Assembly: GCA_965261085.1 (NCBI GenBank)
Contig: OZ253442.1
Location: 4,064,001-4,128,000 of the forward strand
DNA from: a bacterium
GTDB taxonomy: Bacteria; UBA8248
Direction of reading: 5' to 3'
Length of the DNA: 64,000 bases
This document shows positions 10,399 through 21,646 of the stretch, one piece after another. A program made the translations under genes and the position numbers. How positions within the stretch are numbered: position 1 is the stretch's first letter; each line of letters begins with the position of its first letter. The notes under the pieces are model-generated. The model was not told the origin of the DNA. It did not search any database and was given only the letters and a program-made list of their open reading frames with translations.

Positions 10399-10947
10399 TG
10401 TTTTCGGGATTATATGTATCGAACGCCCACTTCAGGGGATTGTTGCAGATATATTCCCGAATGCGATTCAGGCTCGCATCATCACGAATAACATGATCGT
10501 AAAACGAGCGTTGCCAACTGAAATCGTAGTTATCACGACGTTTTCCGACTGCTCGTGTGACGGCGGATTTGAACCCCTGGATGATTTTCGACAAATACAT
10601 TTTCGAACAATCACCATTTTCTTGTTTCGATTGTAGGTGGCGACCCCTCCTCGGGGTCGCCCCACACAATATGCGTCCCGTCCGGAGTGACTTCCACCAC
10701 CAATGATTACGATACCGTGTATATGGTTCGGCATCACGATGAATTCATCGATGTCCGTATTTGGAAAATAACCCGGAATCGCCTGCCAACATCCTTGCGC
10801 AATCATTCCGTTCACATTCAACCGCATTCTCCCGTCCACGACCTCGCCGAAGCAACGGATGTGATTCCGCGCGCAGATGGTCACGAAATAGTATCCTCGT
10901 CGGGAATAATCACGTTCTTGAAGTCTGTTTGCCTTTCTAGATTTCAT
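10394..10947 (-). pseudogene. REP-associated tyrosine transposase (RAYT, Y1 HUH), frameshifted
   Basis: Frame 1 has RKANRLQERDYSRRGYYFVTIC...FIVMPNHIHGIV (HUH). Frame 2 has LSKIIQGFKSAVT...WQRSFYDHVIRD...IREYICNNP. The frame change occurs at a hairpin at 10637-10668. Confidence 0.9.
10632..10668. repeat. GTAG-type REP hairpin (family B) inside the RAYT
   Basis: TGTAGGTGGCGACCCC-TCCTC-GGGGTCGCCCCACACA; a related copy in opposite orientation lies at 11070-11088. Confidence 0.8.
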
Positions 10948-11019
10948 TTCGCAAGGACAATCTCTTCCCATTAACCCATTCGGCGACACAATCGTGTATA
11001 TCATATAGGAACTCAGAAC

Positions 11020-11163
11020 GGGACGCATATATGCGTCCCCTACACAAGAACCTATCATTCCCGACCGGTGAGGAGGTCGCCACCTACAAACCCATCAACT
11101 CTCCCCCAGGGGCTACAAACCCCCGGATTCCTCCCCCTACACAAAAACCGCTCATTCCCGACC
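11020..11163. repeat. REP cluster upstream of the RAYT (family A copy, family B copy, 30-bp direct repeat)
   Basis: GGGACGCATATATGCGTCCC-CTACA at 11020-11044; GAGGAGGTCGCCACCTACA at 11070-11088; CCCCTACACAA.AACC..TCATTCCCGACC at about 11037 and 11134. Confidence 0.8.
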
Positions 11164-11203
11164 AAAGAGGCAGGGGACGCCAACGGGAAGGAAATCCACA
11201 CAC

Positions 11204-11233
11204 AAAAAAACCGGGGGGCCGAAGCCCCCCGGT
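11204..11233 (-). terminator. rho-independent terminator of the porin gene
   Basis: Minus strand ACCGGGGGGC-TTCG-GCCCCCCGGT followed by a T run. Confidence 0.88.
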
Positions 11234-11277
11234 CGTCATCGCATCGTCAAGAGAGGACGCGAAGGTCCATCATGTTG

Positions 11278-12504
11278 CTAGAAGATGTGGCGCAGCGTCC
11301 AGCCGACCGCCCAGCCGTCATCGACCTCTGCGGCGTCCATCGCCCTGCCGTAATCGCCGCGCAGGATAACAGCGCCTACACCGCGAAGTTCGAGTTTCGG
11401 GTGGATCTTCCACTTGAAGCCGGCGTTGAGCTCGGTGCCGAATTCTTTGGAATCGTCCGTGTTGGCATCGAGAGAACTCTCGGCGGAATTGTAAAGAGAT
11501 ACGCCGCCGCCCAGCGTCAAGGTCTTGCTGACCTTGTAATCGGCCAGACCCTCGAGCACGGTCGCGCCGTTCAAGGAGCGCAAATGTACGCTTCTGATGT
11601 TGTTGCCCAAAGACGTCCAGCGGCGCGAACTCATGATGTGGCCGCCGAAGAACCAGCCGGAACCGCCTTCCTGAGGCGTGTTGAAGCGACCGTCTTCGTT
11701 GACATCTGAGCCGTCATTGCCGGAGAGGAGCGTGAGGTTGCCACTGAGCTTCAGCTTGCCCAGGCTCGCGGAAGTTCTCACCAGAACCGCCCAACCCGAG
11801 AGGTCCTTGCCGCTTGAGAGATCACCCTCCTGGATAACGCCCGAGGCGTTTATGCTGAGGATGCCCATCTTGCCCTTGGCGTTGAGGCCGAGGAAGCTGT
11901 AGTTATAGCCGCCGGCCGCATTATCTCTGGAGTTAGCCACCCACGGGGAGACCGTGAGTGTGGGGGACACCTTGATGCCCAGGCCGACGTAGTAATCCGT
12001 CTTGTCATCGTTGTCGGCGCCCGCGTCTTCTTTCGCACTGGTCATGAACGCGCTGAGCGAGATGTTCTTGCTGAGCTTGCCGTAGAGCGCAATGCCCGGC
12101 TCACGATGCCGGCCGCCGCTGTCGTAGATTTCCTTGTCCGGCGAGAAGTAATCCGTCCGTCCCATACGCATGCGAAGCGCGCTGCCCGGAAGGGCGAAGT
12201 CGAGCACCCAACGGTTGACGCCGACGGTCTGCCTGCCGGGGCCGATTGAGAAGCCGCCGTTCGCGCTTACGAACTCGGGCTCCCACACGGCCGTGATGGC
12301 GCCGCTTTTCGCCGTGAAGCGCGGGCGGATGAGCGCGTCCAGGTATCTTTCCTTATCTCCATCATCTCCTTCGACAGCTTCGCTGGAGCCGCGCACCCGG
12401 TAGAAGCCGGAGTACTTGAAGCTGGCCCCCATTGCCGCATATGCCGGTGCGGTGAACGCCACTACGAGCGCCATCGCGAATAATGCTAACAGAAGTTTCC
12501 TCAT
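11278..12504 (-). CDS. outer-membrane beta-barrel porin-like protein
   Basis: Signal peptide MRKLLLALFAMALVVAFTAPAYA, amphipathic beta-strands, C-terminal Phe (WTLRHIF), GGAGA RBS, strongly biased codons. Confidence 0.8.
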   Translation of the reverse strand: MRKLLLALFAMALVVAFTAPAYAAMGASFKYSGFYRVRGSSEAVEGDDGDKERYLDALIRPRFTAKSGAITAVWEPEFVSANGGFSIGPGRQTVGVNRWVLDFALPGSALRMRMGRTDYFSPDKEIYDSGGRHREPGIALYGKLSKNISLSAFMTSAKEDAGADNDDKTDYYVGLGIKVSPTLTVSPWVANSRDNAAGGYNYSFLGLNAKGKMGILSINASGVIQEGDLSSGKDLSGWAVLVRTSASLGKLKLSGNLTLLSGNDGSDVNEDGRFNTPQEGGSGWFFGGHIMSSRRWTSLGNNIRSVHLRSLNGATVLEGLADYKVSKTLTLGGGVSLYNSAESSLDANTDDSKEFGTELNAGFKWKIHPKLELRGVGAVILRGDYGRAMDAAEVDDGWAVGWTLRHIF

Positions 12505-13056
12505 GTGTATTTCTCCTAATTGAGGTTTCATAAAAAAATGTTGCCGTGTTCCTTCGTGTTCAATGTGTTGGTTCTACCGGTGTTCTTTACCTCTGCTTCG
12601 TCGTCTATAGCAGGGCTCCCCTTTTCTCGCAACCCCCCCCTCTCTACAATGCCGCCCTGTACGTCGCCAAGGTTCTATCGAGCGAACCAATTATAGCCGC
12701 TTATGTAAACACTCTCTCATGCAAGAAATTAGTCATACCATTCCCCATATTCGAAAGAATAAAGAAGACGGTGGTCTTTGTCAACAAACAATCCGATCGG
12801 AAATCCAAAAAATTCATCTCCTCATATTTCGAATCTTACGCTGGGTTTCGAAATAGAACAGAAGATTAAACGATTGCAAAATCAACTCTTTACGAGAATT
12901 TTCGCGCCATAAAAAAACGGTGCGAAATTCGTCGGCTCAACCGTTTCTCCGCCACCTGAGAAAAAATTTTTCATTTACCGGGTGTCCAAGCCCCGAAAAT
13001 GCGCATTACGCCCACGAAAACCCGGGCTAAACATTACGCCTTCAGAGTAAAAAGTT

Positions 13057-14973
13057 CTATTCCCTGATCTTGTAGAAGAAAATCCGGCTTTTCGCACCGG
13101 CGAAAACCCCCGAACTCGTCACCGCCACCACCAGATCACTGAAACCATCGTTGTCCGCGTCGCCGAAGGCGAAATCCACGATTCCGCTGCTCAACTTCCT
13201 CGATCGCCAGGTTTCAGACAATCCGACGCCATCCCATACCAGGCTCGCGATTTGTCCCTTCGCAACGCCCAGGCCCGGCGCGATGGCGACGGCGTATTCG
13301 TTGCGAATCACCAAGACCTCATCCACCCCGTCCCTGTCGACGTCTTCCACCAATATGCGCGAGCGTATGGGCAGATCCGGGGTATGCACCCTGTCACTGA
13401 TGGTTTCAGTATTGGCGTGAGAGAAGAATTTATGGACGGGCGCGCCGTAGGCTTCCGAACTGGAGAAAACTTCCTGGCCACTCTTTGAGAATACCCTCAG
13501 CCTGTCGTCCTTCCCTACCTCGATGACTTCCAGCGCGCCATCCTTGTTGATGTCCCACAAGCCGAAGCCCAGTATCGTCAAATCAGGCGGAAGCACATAG
13601 GGGGCGGCGGGCGCGAGCTTTCCCCCCGACCAGTGGTAGCGCTGAATAGGCCCCTCAAAAGCCTTATCAAGTCCTTCCCTCTGGCCCAGGAGCATGTAGG
13701 CTTCTGAATCGGGAATTTTAGCGCCCTTCGTGGGCCGCCGGACACGGAGCAGGCGATAAAACGTCCTGTCGTTCCGGATGAGGGGAGTGAACTTCCCGCC
13801 CTTGAACTGCAAGACTACGGAGAACAATTCGTTCGAGCGATAAGAGGCGAGGTAGAACTCGGGCGCGCCGTCCCCGTTCATGTCGGCGACGTCGAGCCAC
13901 CTGAAATCGTTCGCCGCCCCTTCATCGAAGCGGGCGATCTCGCGCATCCGGTTATTCTCGAAGCGGGAGACGATAACCTGAGTCGGCGTGATGAGGATTA
14001 TTTCCTGTTTCCCGTCACCGTCCACGTCCGCGACGGACAACCCCCGGAAGGAGACCTTGTCGAACGAGTAGCTCTTCACGCCGCCGGCCCTGCCGGGCGC
14101 GCCCTCGCGAGCGAGCACGAAACTCTCATTCGCCGAACGGGTGGGTCCTCCACCCTCGCCGCGCTTGAGTTCCTGCTCCTTGGGCGGCCCCTGCTCGAAA
14201 GGCAGTTCATCCGCAATCGCCACGGCCTTGAAGAGTTCTTTTTTCGTGGTGAGAGACAAAAGTCGGGTGGAGAGGATTTTCTTCCCCCGTATTTCGCGCA
14301 ACTCGTTCTCGAGGGCCATATCGCCCCGCACCTGGTTTCGCAGACGAATCGGATTCTTACTTTTAAGAATTTCATCGGTGGCGATGCCCGTCTCGAGAAG
14401 CCATACCTGAAGCCTGTCCACGTCGTAGACGTCGAAGCGTCCGCTCCTCAGGAGTTGACGGCCCAGTTCCCTCGTGAGCGTTTCCATGCTGATGGCCTCT
14501 TTCGTCTGGTTGACGAAAGGCAGTATCGCCAGGCGAATTTTCGAGGCGGACATGCGCACCGTGTCCTTGACGCGCGGAGAGAACTGCCCGCCCGGCGCGA
14601 GTCGGACCAGACGGGCGATGGAGAATTTCTCCCGCACCTCGACGACTTCGACCTCTCCTATCTCCTCTTCCAGCTTGCCGAGGACGACGCCCGTCGCCGG
14701 GTGCCGAAACGGCGCGCCCTCCCGGTAGACGCTGAGCTTGACGCCCTTGACCACCTTGTCCTTACCGCCCAGGCTGAGGTAGAGGTCCCGCCCCTTGACG
14801 GCGACCACCGCCCCGCGCAGATTCGGGAATCTCTGGTGCAGCTTGTCGCTGATGAGGCCTAAGGCCTTGCGGTAATCATTCTCTTGCGCGTGAATCGAGC
14901 CGCTGGATGCGCCGAGGAAAACCATGAGCGCCGGCAGGACGACCAGCGCTCTTTTAATGACGTGCAAAATCAT
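13057..14973 (-). CDS. exported protein with FlgT/CsgG-like N-terminal region and FG-GAP/VCBS repeats
   Basis: Signal peptide; repeats ADVDGDGKQEI, ADMNGDGAPEF, DINKDGALEV, DVDRDGVDEV and DADNDGFSDL; LAILPFVN (CsgG/TolB-N-like). Confidence 0.75.
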   Translation of the reverse strand: MILHVIKRALVVLPALMVFLGASSGSIHAQENDYRKALGLISDKLHQRFPNLRGAVVAVKGRDLYLSLGGKDKVVKGVKLSVYREGAPFRHPATGVVLGKLEEEIGEVEVVEVREKFSIARLVRLAPGGQFSPRVKDTVRMSASKIRLAILPFVNQTKEAISMETLTRELGRQLLRSGRFDVYDVDRLQVWLLETGIATDEILKSKNPIRLRNQVRGDMALENELREIRGKKILSTRLLSLTTKKELFKAVAIADELPFEQGPPKEQELKRGEGGGPTRSANESFVLAREGAPGRAGGVKSYSFDKVSFRGLSVADVDGDGKQEIILITPTQVIVSRFENNRMREIARFDEGAANDFRWLDVADMNGDGAPEFYLASYRSNELFSVVLQFKGGKFTPLIRNDRTFYRLLRVRRPTKGAKIPDSEAYMLLGQREGLDKAFEGPIQRYHWSGGKLAPAAPYVLPPDLTILGFGLWDINKDGALEVIEVGKDDRLRVFSKSGQEVFSSSEAYGAPVHKFFSHANTETISDRVHTPDLPIRSRILVEDVDRDGVDEVLVIRNEYAVAIAPGLGVAKGQIASLVWDGVGLSETWRSRKLSSGIVDFAFGDADNDGFSDLVVAVTSSGVFAGAKSRIFFYKIRE

Positions 14974-15206
14974 AAAAACCCTCACACAAAGATGCGCTCG
15001 TAAGAGAGACTCCGGTCGCGCCATCCCGCTCCGCAACGGAGCATGGCTCTGGATGATCCATCAGTCGTTAAGTCATATCGAGGACCGAAAGCCCCCGGAC
15101 GCATACCCCGAACATCAACAAATATACCGCGTAAAAAGCAGAAAGCAAGTTTGCTCCGCCCACCACGGACAACCGTCCGGCCCAAAGCATGGGGTACGCT
15201 TCGGCC

Positions 15207-17114
15207 TCAAGGCCGTGTGAATCCCAATTCCCTCATCAGTTTCGTGTGAAGCGGCGAACCGAACCTGCCGGCTTCTCTCGCGTGTTTTTGCGCGCCGGCG
15301 CGATCGCCCTCCAGATACAAGGCCAGCGCCATATTGTGATGTACGCCTCCGTGGCCCGGCTTGAGCCTGAGCGCCGCCTCGAACTGCGCTATCGCCAAAC
15401 GCCTCAAACCCGCCTTGAGATACAGGGTGCCCAGATTGAAGCGCGCCTCCACCAGCGTGGGTTTCAAGCCTATCGCGCGCTCGAAATGCGGCCTCGCCAA
15501 ATCGCCGCGCTCAGCGCCCATATACAACGCCCCCAGGGCCAGGTGCGCCTCCGCATTCTCATCGTTGAGCCGCAGGGCGCGCTTGAGGGAAGTTTCGGCG
15601 GCGGCCGCCTCACCGCTTTGCATCTGCGCGATCCCTAAATCCACCCAGGCGAAATCGTAGACGGGATATATCTCGACGGATTTCTTGAGCGGCGCAACGG
15701 CTTCTCGGAACTTGTTCCGGTCGATCAGGGCCTGCCCGTACACCCTGAGCGCGCGCGCGCTTTTAGGCGACACCTCCGCCGTGCGCCGCCAGAAACGAAG
15801 CGCATCGCCCCACTCGTGGTTTCGCTTCATCGTCAGCGACCCGAAGAGCAAGCACACGCCAATGAGCAGGGCTACGCCAATCCGCCAGTCCCTTTCGCTG
15901 AGCCAAACGCCCGCCGTCGGTACGAGGGTGATCAGAAAACCGGCCGAGGGGATATACAGCACCCGCTCCGCCATGATGGTGCCCATGGGGATCAACAAAT
16001 TGCTCACGGGCAGATACGCGCCGAGAAAAACGACCAGCCCGAAGGCGACCCACGGCATATCATTTCTAAAACGCCAGGCGGCATAGCCCCACACCAACAG
16101 ACCCAAGGCCCCCACAGCCATCCAGAGCGCGGCTTCCGCTCCTTCCACCGGAATCTGCGCGAAGGAATAATCCATACTCAAAGGCCATGGCCAGACCAGG
16201 AGTTTGAAATAGCGTCCCAGGACGCCGATGGCGCCGAGGATTCGCTCGCCAACCGGCATCAACGCCAGGATGTTGTCGAGTTTTGACGGGGGATACGGAC
16301 GCGCCAACATGCCCAAAGCGGCATATCGCATCCCTACATATATGATGAGCACGAGGCCGAGCGCGCAGATGGTGATGAGCGTGTGCTTGAGAGGCGGGTG
16401 CTCCGTCTCTCCCAATACATACCGGCCCCAGAGCCACCACAAAAGGGCGCTGAACAGCAGGGCGATGCCGATTTCCTTGGAGAGAAACGCAAAAAGGCAA
16501 AGCGCGCACGTGAGGCCAAGCGGCATGAACACGCCTCGATATGGAACGCCACCATCGTTTTCTTTCTTCTCACTTTCCTTTTCTTCGTCAGGTTTCGCCC
16601 GAGGAATCGCAACGCCCATGAGCAGGCCCAATCCAGCAAACACCCCTACGGCGGCCATGAGGTCGGCGCGCGCGACCACGGCGTTCACCGCTTCGGTATG
16701 AACCGGATGAAGGGCGAACAGCAGGGAAACGGCTCCCGCCGCACCTCGGGAAAGTCCGAAGCGGGCGCACAGCAAGAACAACGCGAGGCAGGCAAAGGCG
16801 TGAAACAAGGCGTTGACGATCCTGTAGCCAAGCGGGTTCAGGCCGCCCGCGGCGTGGTTCAGCGCAAAGGAGGCGATGGTGAGGGGTCGATAGAGGCGGT
16901 CTCTCGCCTCGTTCGTCTCGAGCACGGCCCAGTAGTCGTGCTGAAACGCCTCCAGCAAGCGACCGCTCTCTCGGACCAGGGGATTCTCGCCGATGATGGC
17001 GATGTCATCATGTAAAAACGGGTTCGAGAACGTGCCGGCAAAGATGAAAAATGCGGCTCCGGCGATAGTGCAGGCCCAACCCCATTTCACGAGCGATTGC
17101 ATTGGCCCTCCCAT
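15207..17114 (-). CDS. TMTC-like GT-C membrane glycosyltransferase with C-terminal TPR repeats
   Basis: FLHDD...I.ENP, YRPLT, LFALHPVHTEAV...VARADL, LSKE, PLSMDY and AERVLYIPS, followed by TPRs. Start is 17114 or 17102. Confidence 0.85.
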   Translation of the reverse strand: MGGPMQSLVKWGWACTIAGAAFFIFAGTFSNPFLHDDIAIIGENPLVRESGRLLEAFQHDYWAVLETNEARDRLYRPLTIASFALNHAAGGLNPLGYRIVNALFHAFACLALFLLCARFGLSRGAAGAVSLLFALHPVHTEAVNAVVARADLMAAVGVFAGLGLLMGVAIPRAKPDEEKESEKKENDGGVPYRGVFMPLGLTCALCLFAFLSKEIGIALLFSALLWWLWGRYVLGETEHPPLKHTLITICALGLVLIIYVGMRYAALGMLARPYPPSKLDNILALMPVGERILGAIGVLGRYFKLLVWPWPLSMDYSFAQIPVEGAEAALWMAVGALGLLVWGYAAWRFRNDMPWVAFGLVVFLGAYLPVSNLLIPMGTIMAERVLYIPSAGFLITLVPTAGVWLSERDWRIGVALLIGVCLLFGSLTMKRNHEWGDALRFWRRTAEVSPKSARALRVYGQALIDRNKFREAVAPLKKSVEIYPVYDFAWVDLGIAQMQSGEAAAAETSLKRALRLNDENAEAHLALGALYMGAERGDLARPHFERAIGLKPTLVEARFNLGTLYLKAGLRRLAIAQFEAALRLKPGHGGVHHNMALALYLEGDRAGAQKHAREAGRFGSPLHTKLMRELGFTRP

Positions 17115-17324
17115 ATCATATGCCTGAATTATCGGGCTTTCCGCCAAGGCGTCCACAAACGCCCGGAAAAGAACGGTATGCGCATGAAGAGCCTCCCGGT
17201 ATCGCGGCTTGGCCCCAGCAATATCACAGACATCCGAATCAGCAAGCCTCCATCATGGCAACAAAACTTCCGCCTCGCCACTGGGAAATGTCGATAAAAT
17301 CGCCTTTGCGATTCGGTTTTCCTT

Positions 17325-17353
17325 TTGACTCCCAGTGAAACGACTGCTAATCT
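17325..17353 (+). promoter_or_regulatory. sigma70 promoter of the TPP riboswitch/thiC
   Basis: TTGACT-17 nt-TAATCT just upstream of the riboswitch. Confidence 0.6.
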
Positions 17354-17364
17354 TTGATTTTGCA

Positions 17365-17445
17365 AGTTCGCTGGGGGTGCCTTGCAGGCTGAGAACAAAC
17401 CCTTCGAACCTGAACCGGTTAGCGCCGGCGTAGGGAAGCGACAAG
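17365..17445 (+). ncRNA. TPP riboswitch
   Basis: GGGGTGC...GCTGAGA...ACCCTTCGAACCTGAACCGGTTAGCGCCGGCGTAGGGAAG, upstream of thiC. Confidence 0.95.
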
Positions 17446-17524
17446 TCTTCCACATCCAGTTTCCCTTCGCCGACATGTAAAAAAAGAGAATTCATCGCAG
17501 GGGGAAAGCTTCACCTTTCTCTAG

Positions 17525-19354
<1,830 letters not shown>

Positions 19355-19381
19355 GCCGAACTCTAACGATTACGCTAGACC

Positions 19382-19420
19382 AAACCCCGCCCGGGTCGAC
19401 CCTCGGGCGGGGTTTTTTAT
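19382..19420 (+). terminator. rho-independent terminator after thiC
   Basis: AAACCCCGCCCG...CGGGCGGGGTTTTTT. Confidence 0.88.
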
Positions 19421-19558
19421 TGTTCGAACAAACCATCCATATTCGAATATTTTTCGTCACCCCCATATCCTCTCGCAAAACAAGCTACTCACAAGCGATT
19501 CCGTGCGCGCGGAATTGATGGTAAATTCTTCCCATCGATTCTGTGAACAGGAGCCGTC

Positions 19559-20617
19559 ATGACGCTGAAAATGGGTGTGTGGGCGCCCGTGTGGGGCACG
19601 TTTCTGGGGCGGATCGAAAAGCCCGAGACGGTGAAAGAGGCCTCCTTCGCGCACAATGCGCGCTATATCCAGCGCGCAGAAGAGCTGGGCTTCGAGACCA
19701 CCCTGCTGCTCGACAGAAGCCTCAACAGCATCAAGGGCGTGGGCGCGCCGGTTCTCGAGGCCTGGATCACCGCGGCGGCGCTCGCGCCCATCACGGAGAA
19801 AATCGAACTCATCGTCGCCGCCAAGAGCGCCTACCGCCACCCCTCGCTCGTCGCCCAGATGGGGGCGAACATCGATTGCATCAGCGGGGGGCGCTTCGCC
19901 ATCAACATCGTCTCGGGCTGGTGGGCGCAGGAAAACGAGATGGCGGGCATCCCCTTCCCGCCGCACGATGAGCGCTACGATCTCTCAGAAGAAGTCATGA
20001 ACATCCTCAAGTGCTACTGGACGAAGGAGCACTTCAGCTTCAAGGGAAAGTATTTCGAGATAACAGACGGCGTCACCGCGCCCAAGCCCATCCGGAAGCC
20101 CTGGCCCACGTTTTATTTCGGAGGAGAATCGACCGCCGCCGTGAAGCTGGCGGGCAAGGCCGCGGACGTTTTCCTGTTCAACGGCCGTTCGCTCGCGGAC
20201 GCGCGGGAGTTGATGGCCGCCGTGAACCACGAAGCGCAAGCCAACGGCAGATATATACGCCACGGGATGAGTTCGTTCATCGTCTGCCGCGACACCGACG
20301 AGGAAGCCGAGGCGGAGCTCGCGCGCCTTTTCTCGCTCATCACCGAACCGCCGAAGCTCACCGGAGTCGACAGGGCCGCCCAGCACAGGAAAACGAGCGC
20401 GAAGGCGGGCGGCGTCGGTTCGAACGGCGGCACGGCGACGGGCCTCGTCGGCTCACCGCAAACCATCGCCGAGCGCATCATGGCGTTTCACGAGGCGGGG
20501 GTGGAGTTGTTCCTGCTCCAGTTTCATCCCATGTTCGAGGAGATGGAGCGCTTCGCCTCGGAAGTCATGCCCCTATTGCCCCTGGGCGAGAAAACACCCG
20601 AGGCGGTGAAAGCCTAG
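19559..20617 (+). CDS. LLM-class flavin-dependent monooxygenase (SsuD/SfnG-like)
   Basis: AEELGFE, LEAWITAAALA, GGRFAINIVSGW, HDERY, YFGGES and GLVGSPQTIAERI. Confidence 0.9.
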   Translation: MTLKMGVWAPVWGTFLGRIEKPETVKEASFAHNARYIQRAEELGFETTLLLDRSLNSIKGVGAPVLEAWITAAALAPITEKIELIVAAKSAYRHPSLVAQMGANIDCISGGRFAINIVSGWWAQENEMAGIPFPPHDERYDLSEEVMNILKCYWTKEHFSFKGKYFEITDGVTAPKPIRKPWPTFYFGGESTAAVKLAGKAADVFLFNGRSLADARELMAAVNHEAQANGRYIRHGMSSFIVCRDTDEEAEAELARLFSLITEPPKLTGVDRAAQHRKTSAKAGGVGSNGGTATGLVGSPQTIAERIMAFHEAGVELFLLQFHPMFEEMERFASEVMPLLPLGEKTPEAVKA

Positions 20618-20624
20618 CCCACAC

Positions 20625-21104
20625 TCACTCCAACACTACGCGCGCGCCCAGCCCGAAACCGTTCCTGAGAAACCAGCCCTGGTTCACCTCCAGCACCCAG
20701 CGCGTCTTGTGGCGGGAGGTATAGGAAGGAATCCGCGTCCCCGGCTTGTGGGGCTGCAAATGGATGATCTCGAGAATCGCTCCCTTCGAGTCGATGAAGG
20801 CGAGCGAGAGGGATATCCGCGTGTTCTTCATCCAGAAAAACCGCCGCGCATTCCCTTTGAAAATAAAGAGCATACCGGCGTTTTCGGCGAGTTGCGTCCT
20901 GTTCATCAGCCCCTGAGCGCGGACGCGGGCGTTGCGGGCGATCTCGACCGAAAGCGCGGCATCGCGCCCGTCCTGGGTGATTCTCACCACCCCCCTCTCG
21001 AAGCTCAGGGCGGCGGCGGATGGGCCTGTGAGCAGGGCGCAGGCGAGGATCGCGACAAAAGCGACATCAGCCCTTAAAATCATCCGCCTCACGGATAACC
21101 TCAT
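20625..21104 (-). CDS. DUF192 family protein
   Basis: VEIA...RAQGLMNR...GMLFIF...FWMKNT..SLSLAFID...VLEVNQG. Confidence 0.9.
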   Translation of the reverse strand: MRLSVRRMILRADVAFVAILACALLTGPSAAALSFERGVVRITQDGRDAALSVEIARNARVRAQGLMNRTQLAENAGMLFIFKGNARRFFWMKNTRISLSLAFIDSKGAILEIIHLQPHKPGTRIPSYTSRHKTRWVLEVNQGWFLRNGFGLGARVVLE

Positions 21105-21646
21105 ATAAAACAGTAATTTAATCGGTCAGGCGAGGAACGCCCAGCTCTCATTCTTTCTGCAGAAAAACATCGTGAATTTATCGAAAAACCCCGTCAATTT
21201 ATCGATATTTTCAGGAATTCATTATTCGGTTCGATTTTTTTGCGCGACGCCACCATACCCGACCCGAAACTTCGCCGCTACCGGCAAATGTGAGGAAATG
21301 CGTGCTCAGCCCCGACCAGAAGTTCACGACGTTGTGGTCGACTGGGCCGGGGCGCGAATCGGGCGCCGTCACGGGGGCGAGTGGATCCTGCACCAACATT
21401 GCGGGACATCGGAGCGTAATCGTAAGCAAGCTTTTGTGAGTCGTACTATGGAGAACGGTCCGAAAATGACTCGCCGGGATGCGCAGTAGTTATAATGAGT
21501 CCGCTCCCGTTTTGATTACATTCTGCGGAAGGTGAACCCCTAACGAGACCGGGAACAATGAACCTTTCCCAATGATGACAACAGGACAAAAGGATTCCAT
21601 CGCCGCTGAAAACGCCTCTCCGCCTCTATGCGGGCGAAAGCGGACG

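Noticed and set aside
21110-21640. Short ORFs in the gap between DUF192 and the atzF remnant
   Set aside because: No RBS, motif or codon bias support; probably decayed island margin
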